Shown here piece after piece: positions 60,980 to 64,000 of a DNA stretch of 64,000 nucleotides. The notes under the pieces were generated by a model. That model made no database searches. It saw only the letters and a program-made list of their open reading frames with translations, and had not been told where the DNA came from. The stretch's first letter is position 1, and each line of letters starts with the position of its first letter. The stretch comes from an uncultured delta proteobacterium (GTDB lineage Bacteria; Desulfobacterota; Desulfobacteria; Desulfobacterales; Desulfosalsimonadaceae), in assembly GCA_963826785.1 (NCBI GenBank), contig CAWGYD010000006.1:896001-960000 (forward strand), written 5' to 3'. Both the position numbers and the translations under genes were made by a program.

Positions 60980-61667
60980 ACGGTTTTATGCCAATATACA
61001 GGGTGGCAATCCCCAAAGACAGGGGCTTGTAGCGGATCCGGCCAAATCCGGCCTTGCGCATCAGGCCGGCGAACTCCGGGGGCTTCGGAAAATGAATGAC
61101 CGATGCGGGCAAGTATTGGTAAGCCTTGGAATGGCTGGATAAAAGAGCGCCGATCTTCGGCAGCACCCGGGTGAAATAAAACAGGTAAAGCGACATGAGG
61201 ATCTGGGATTGCGGGGTGGCCAGTTCCAGTACCGCCAGGGTACCGCCGGGCTTGAGCATCCGGTAAAATTCGGATAATGCGCCGGGCCGGTCCATGATAT
61301 TGCGAATGCCAAAAGCAATCGTAAGGGCATCAAAGGAGCAGGGGGCAAAGGGGAGGCGCAGTGCGTTTCCCGCCACCAGGGCGCTTTTTGAGCAGGTGCG
61401 CAGCTTGGCCCGGGCGATTTTAAGCATTTCCGGGGAAAAATCGATCCCGATCACCATCCCACCAGTCCCCATCTGCTGCAGCAGTTCCACCATGACATCC
61501 CCCGTCCCGCAGGCGGCATCCAGAATCCGGCTTTCGGGTCCCAGTGACAGCGCGCGGATCATTTCGCGACGCCATCGAACATCCTGACGAAGGCTCAGCA
61601 GGCGGTTTAAGAAGTCGTATCGATGCGCAATCGCATCAAACATATCTTTTACGAAGGGCAGTTCCAT
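60912..61667 (-). CDS. ubiE: Ubiquinone/menaquinone C-methyltransferase UbiE/MenG
   Basis: MFDAIA..YDFLN..LS, LDAACGTGD, AFGIRN, AYQYL..S. Confidence 0.92.
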   Translation of the reverse strand: MELPFVKDMFDAIAHRYDFLNRLLSLRQDVRWRREMIRALSLGPESRILDAACGTGDVMVELLQQMGTGGMVIGIDFSPEMLKIARAKLRTCSKSALVAGNALRLPFAPCSFDALTIAFGIRNIMDRPGALSEFYRMLKPGGTLAVLELATPQSQILMSLYLFYFTRVLPKIGALLSSHSKAYQYLPASVIHFPKPPEFAGLMRKAGFGRIRYKPLSLGIATLYIGIKPSILSLPTGPGALTRKGSHRAHS

Positions 61668-61875
61668 ATTGACAATCTGTTTTTATGCATTAATGTAACG
61701 GCATCCAAATTCTAAAAGTGTCTTTTCTTATCATACTGCCATCTGCTGTCAAACGCTTTACGTCATCTTGAAATGCGTGAGGTAATGCAAATTATAGGAA
61801 AGACCGGTTCAGTCGCTCTGGGCATCTCGCCCATGCACCGGATCGGGCAAAACAGATTTGAACTCAAGGTGATCA

Positions 61876-62988
61876 ATGAGCCCCAAGAGAGATTATTATG
61901 AAGTCCTTGGCGTCCGCCGGGATGCAGAAGCTGGTGAAATCAAGTCCACATACCGTAAAGTCGCGCTGAAATATCATCCGGACCGCAATCCCGGAGACAA
62001 GGAAGCGGAGGATAAATTCAAGGAAGCCGCCGAAGCCTACAGCGTGCTGTCCGATCCGGAAAAACGCCAGATCTATGATCAGTTCGGCCATCAGGGGCTC
62101 GAAGGGATGGCCGGCGGCCATGCCGGTTTCGAAGACATCTTTTCGAGTTTCGGGGATATCTTCGAGGAGTTTTTCGGATTCCGCACGGGACGGCGGACCC
62201 GTGGAGGCGTACAGCGGGGAAACGATCTGCGTTATGATCTGACCATCGACTTCATGGAAGCGGCCTTCGGGCTGGACACTGAAATCGATATCGAACGGCT
62301 GGAGACCTGCCCCACCTGTGAAGGGACCGGCGCCAAGCCGGGAACAGCGCCGGAAGTCTGCGCCCAATGCCGGGGCACCGGCCAGTTTGTCCGCACCCAG
62401 GGATTCTTTTCGGTCAAGACCACCTGTCCCAACTGCCGGGGAGAAGGAATGGTAATACGGGAATACTGCCCTGAATGCCGCGGCAGAAAGCAGGTGGTCG
62501 TCAGCAAGAAAGTCTCCCTGAAGGTTCCGGCCGGTGTGGATACCGGTTCAAAGCTCCGGCTGACCGGAGAAGGCGAACCCGGCGTCAAGGGCGGGCCTCC
62601 GGGTGATCTGTACGTGTTCATCCAGGTGCGCCCCCACGAATTCTTCCAGCGCAGGAATACCGATGTGATCTGCACGGTGGAGATCTCTTTTGTGCAGGCG
62701 GCGCTGGGAGATGAGATTTCGGTTCCCACCCTCACGGGCGAGGAAAATCTCAAGATTCCCAAGGGCGCTCAGTACGGAGATACCTTCCGGCTGTCCGGTG
62801 AAGGAATCCCGTCCCTGCGTTCCAATACCCGGGGAGACCAGATCGTGCAGGTGGCTTTGAAAACCCCCAAACACATGAACAAGCGGCAGGAAGATCTCCT
62901 CAGGGAATTTTCCAAGATCGAATCTGAAAAATTCACCAAAAAAATCAAGAAGCTGTTTAAAGGCGGTTCACGCAAGGCCGCCAAATAA
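61876..62988 (+). CDS. dnaJ: Chaperone DnaJ
   Basis: J domain HPD; four CxxCxGxG-type zinc-finger repeats; GDLYV. Confidence 0.95.
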   Translation: MSPKRDYYEVLGVRRDAEAGEIKSTYRKVALKYHPDRNPGDKEAEDKFKEAAEAYSVLSDPEKRQIYDQFGHQGLEGMAGGHAGFEDIFSSFGDIFEEFFGFRTGRRTRGGVQRGNDLRYDLTIDFMEAAFGLDTEIDIERLETCPTCEGTGAKPGTAPEVCAQCRGTGQFVRTQGFFSVKTTCPNCRGEGMVIREYCPECRGRKQVVVSKKVSLKVPAGVDTGSKLRLTGEGEPGVKGGPPGDLYVFIQVRPHEFFQRRNTDVICTVEISFVQAALGDEISVPTLTGEENLKIPKGAQYGDTFRLSGEGIPSLRSNTRGDQIVQVALKTPKHMNKRQEDLLREFSKIESEKFTKKIKKLFKGGSRKAAK

Positions 62989-63059
62989 GCTCTATCGATA
63001 GAACTTTGAGCCTTGGATGCTCCTGTCTTGAATCCTGAAAATGAAATATTGAAAATATC

Positions 63060-63443
63060 ATGTATGAATTGAAAGTGATATCGCGGTTTGCGGCAGCCCA
63101 TCAGCTTAAGCTGGTGGCCGAAAAGTGTGAAAACCTTCACGGCCATAACTGGCGGGTGGAAGTCTATATTTCCGGAAAAGAGCTGAACCCGGCCGGCGTC
63201 CTGATGGATTTCGGGGAGATCAAGCAGCATCTGTCGGCGATTATCGATACGCTCGACCACAAGTTCTTAAATGACCTGGATCTGTTTCAACAGGGCAACC
63301 CCTCATCCGAAAACATCGCCCGCCACATCGCCGTCAACCTCGACAAAATGCTTCCCGATCCCGGCCCCCGGGTTTCAAGGGTCGCCGTATGGGAATCCGA
63401 CGACTGTTGTGCCACCTATTACGTGAAATCTGACGGCCATTAG
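63060..63443 (+). CDS. queD: 6-carboxytetrahydropterin synthase
   Basis: FAAAH, CENLHGHNW, LDHKFLN, SSEN, WES. Confidence 0.93.
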   Translation: MYELKVISRFAAAHQLKLVAEKCENLHGHNWRVEVYISGKELNPAGVLMDFGEIKQHLSAIIDTLDHKFLNDLDLFQQGNPSSENIARHIAVNLDKMLPDPGPRVSRVAVWESDDCCATYYVKSDGH

Positions 63444-63451
63444 CCTTACAT

Positions 63452-64000
63452 TCAAGACCCGCTTTTTCGATACACCCGCATCAATTCATCCCGGCCGATG
63501 ATGCCCCGCACGTCGTCGACATGTTTCCGGATTTCATCCATGCCCCCTTCCTGTCGGTCCACCAGGACCACCACCCGCTTTATCTCCAGTCCTTCCGCCC
63601 GGGCGCGTTCAATCGCCTTGATGGTGGACCCGCCGGTGGTCACCACGTCTTCTATGATGGCGACAGGTGCGTGTGCGGGCAGGTCTCCTTCGATCCATTT
63701 GACGATGCCGTGATCTTTCTGCGTCTTGCGGATGGAAAAGGCGGACATGGGCTTTTGTTTCAGCTCGGAAACAAAAGCTGCCGCCATGGCGATGGGATCT
63801 GCGCCGAAAGTGAGGCCGCCGATGCCGCGAAGATCCAGATCGCAGACCGCATCAAAGACCAGGTGCCCCACCAGGTACATCCCCCTCGGACTCAGGGTGA
63901 CCGGTTTGCAGTTCACGTAGTACTGGCTCATGCGGCCCGAGGCCAGCTTGAATGTCGGGTTTTCGGTGTACTGGAAAGATTTTTCGCAAAGCAGTCGGAT
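63452..64000 (-). CDS. pyrE: Orotate phosphoribosyltransferase (5' end outside the window)
   Basis: Open frame from the window edge: [46 protein letters not shown]. Confidence 0.93.
   Translation of the reverse strand: MRLLCEKSFQYTENPTFKLASGRMSQYYVNCKPVTLSPRGMYLVGHLVFDAVCDLDLRGIGGLTFGADPIAMAAAFVSELKQKPMSAFSIRKTQKDHGIVKWIEGDLPAHAPVAIIEDVVTTGGSTIKAIERARAEGLEIKRVVVLVDRQEGGMDEIRKHVDDVRGIIGRDELMRVYRKSGS

Noticed and set aside
61668..61875. CIRCE/HrcA operator upstream of dnaJ
   Set aside because: No TTAGCACTC-N9-GAGTGCTAA match.

Overview
This 64 kb window looks like chromosomal DNA from an anaerobic, GC-rich bacterium. Gene content and order suggest Desulfobacterota (Desulfobacterales-like), which is an inference. 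The left half (1-34 kb) is accessory metabolism. It holds an acyl-CoA dehydrogenase/TetR/phosphotransferase operon (Lva/ACAD10-11-like), a CN-hydrolase-amtB-amidase cluster, dusB, a prenyltransferase-like/acyltransferase operon and a cooC-prmA-like-RACo operon. It also holds a PAS kinase, a NarL-type regulator, an RpoH-like sigma factor, a flavoprotein disulfide reductase, superoxide reductase, an octaheme HAO-family cytochrome, transporters and a GH13_8-type branching enzyme. The right half is mostly housekeeping (era, engB, hisG/I, trxA/B, bamD, rpmB, relA/spoT, proS, ispG, trpB2, nusB-rib-nrdR-glyA-rpiB-acpP-fabG-rpmF, gltX, tRNA-Gln, menG/ubiE, dnaJ, queD, pyrE), with a small envelope redox cluster after the tRNA. 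I found no integrase, transposase or CRISPR array. The best leads are: (1) a shared ~20-bp pseudo-palindrome upstream of the sigma factor, SOR, branching enzyme and a hypothetical gene, a candidate NarL-type stress regulon; (2) a cNMP-binding/TM/Cys-less rhodanese fusion clustered with TlpA-like and MauE/DoxX genes; (3) a dispersed 7-bp-period intergenic repeat family; and (4) three frameshifts at G/C runs (prenyltransferase-like gene, hisG, proS), most likely sequencing errors. All product calls rest on motif recognition by eye, not on database searches.
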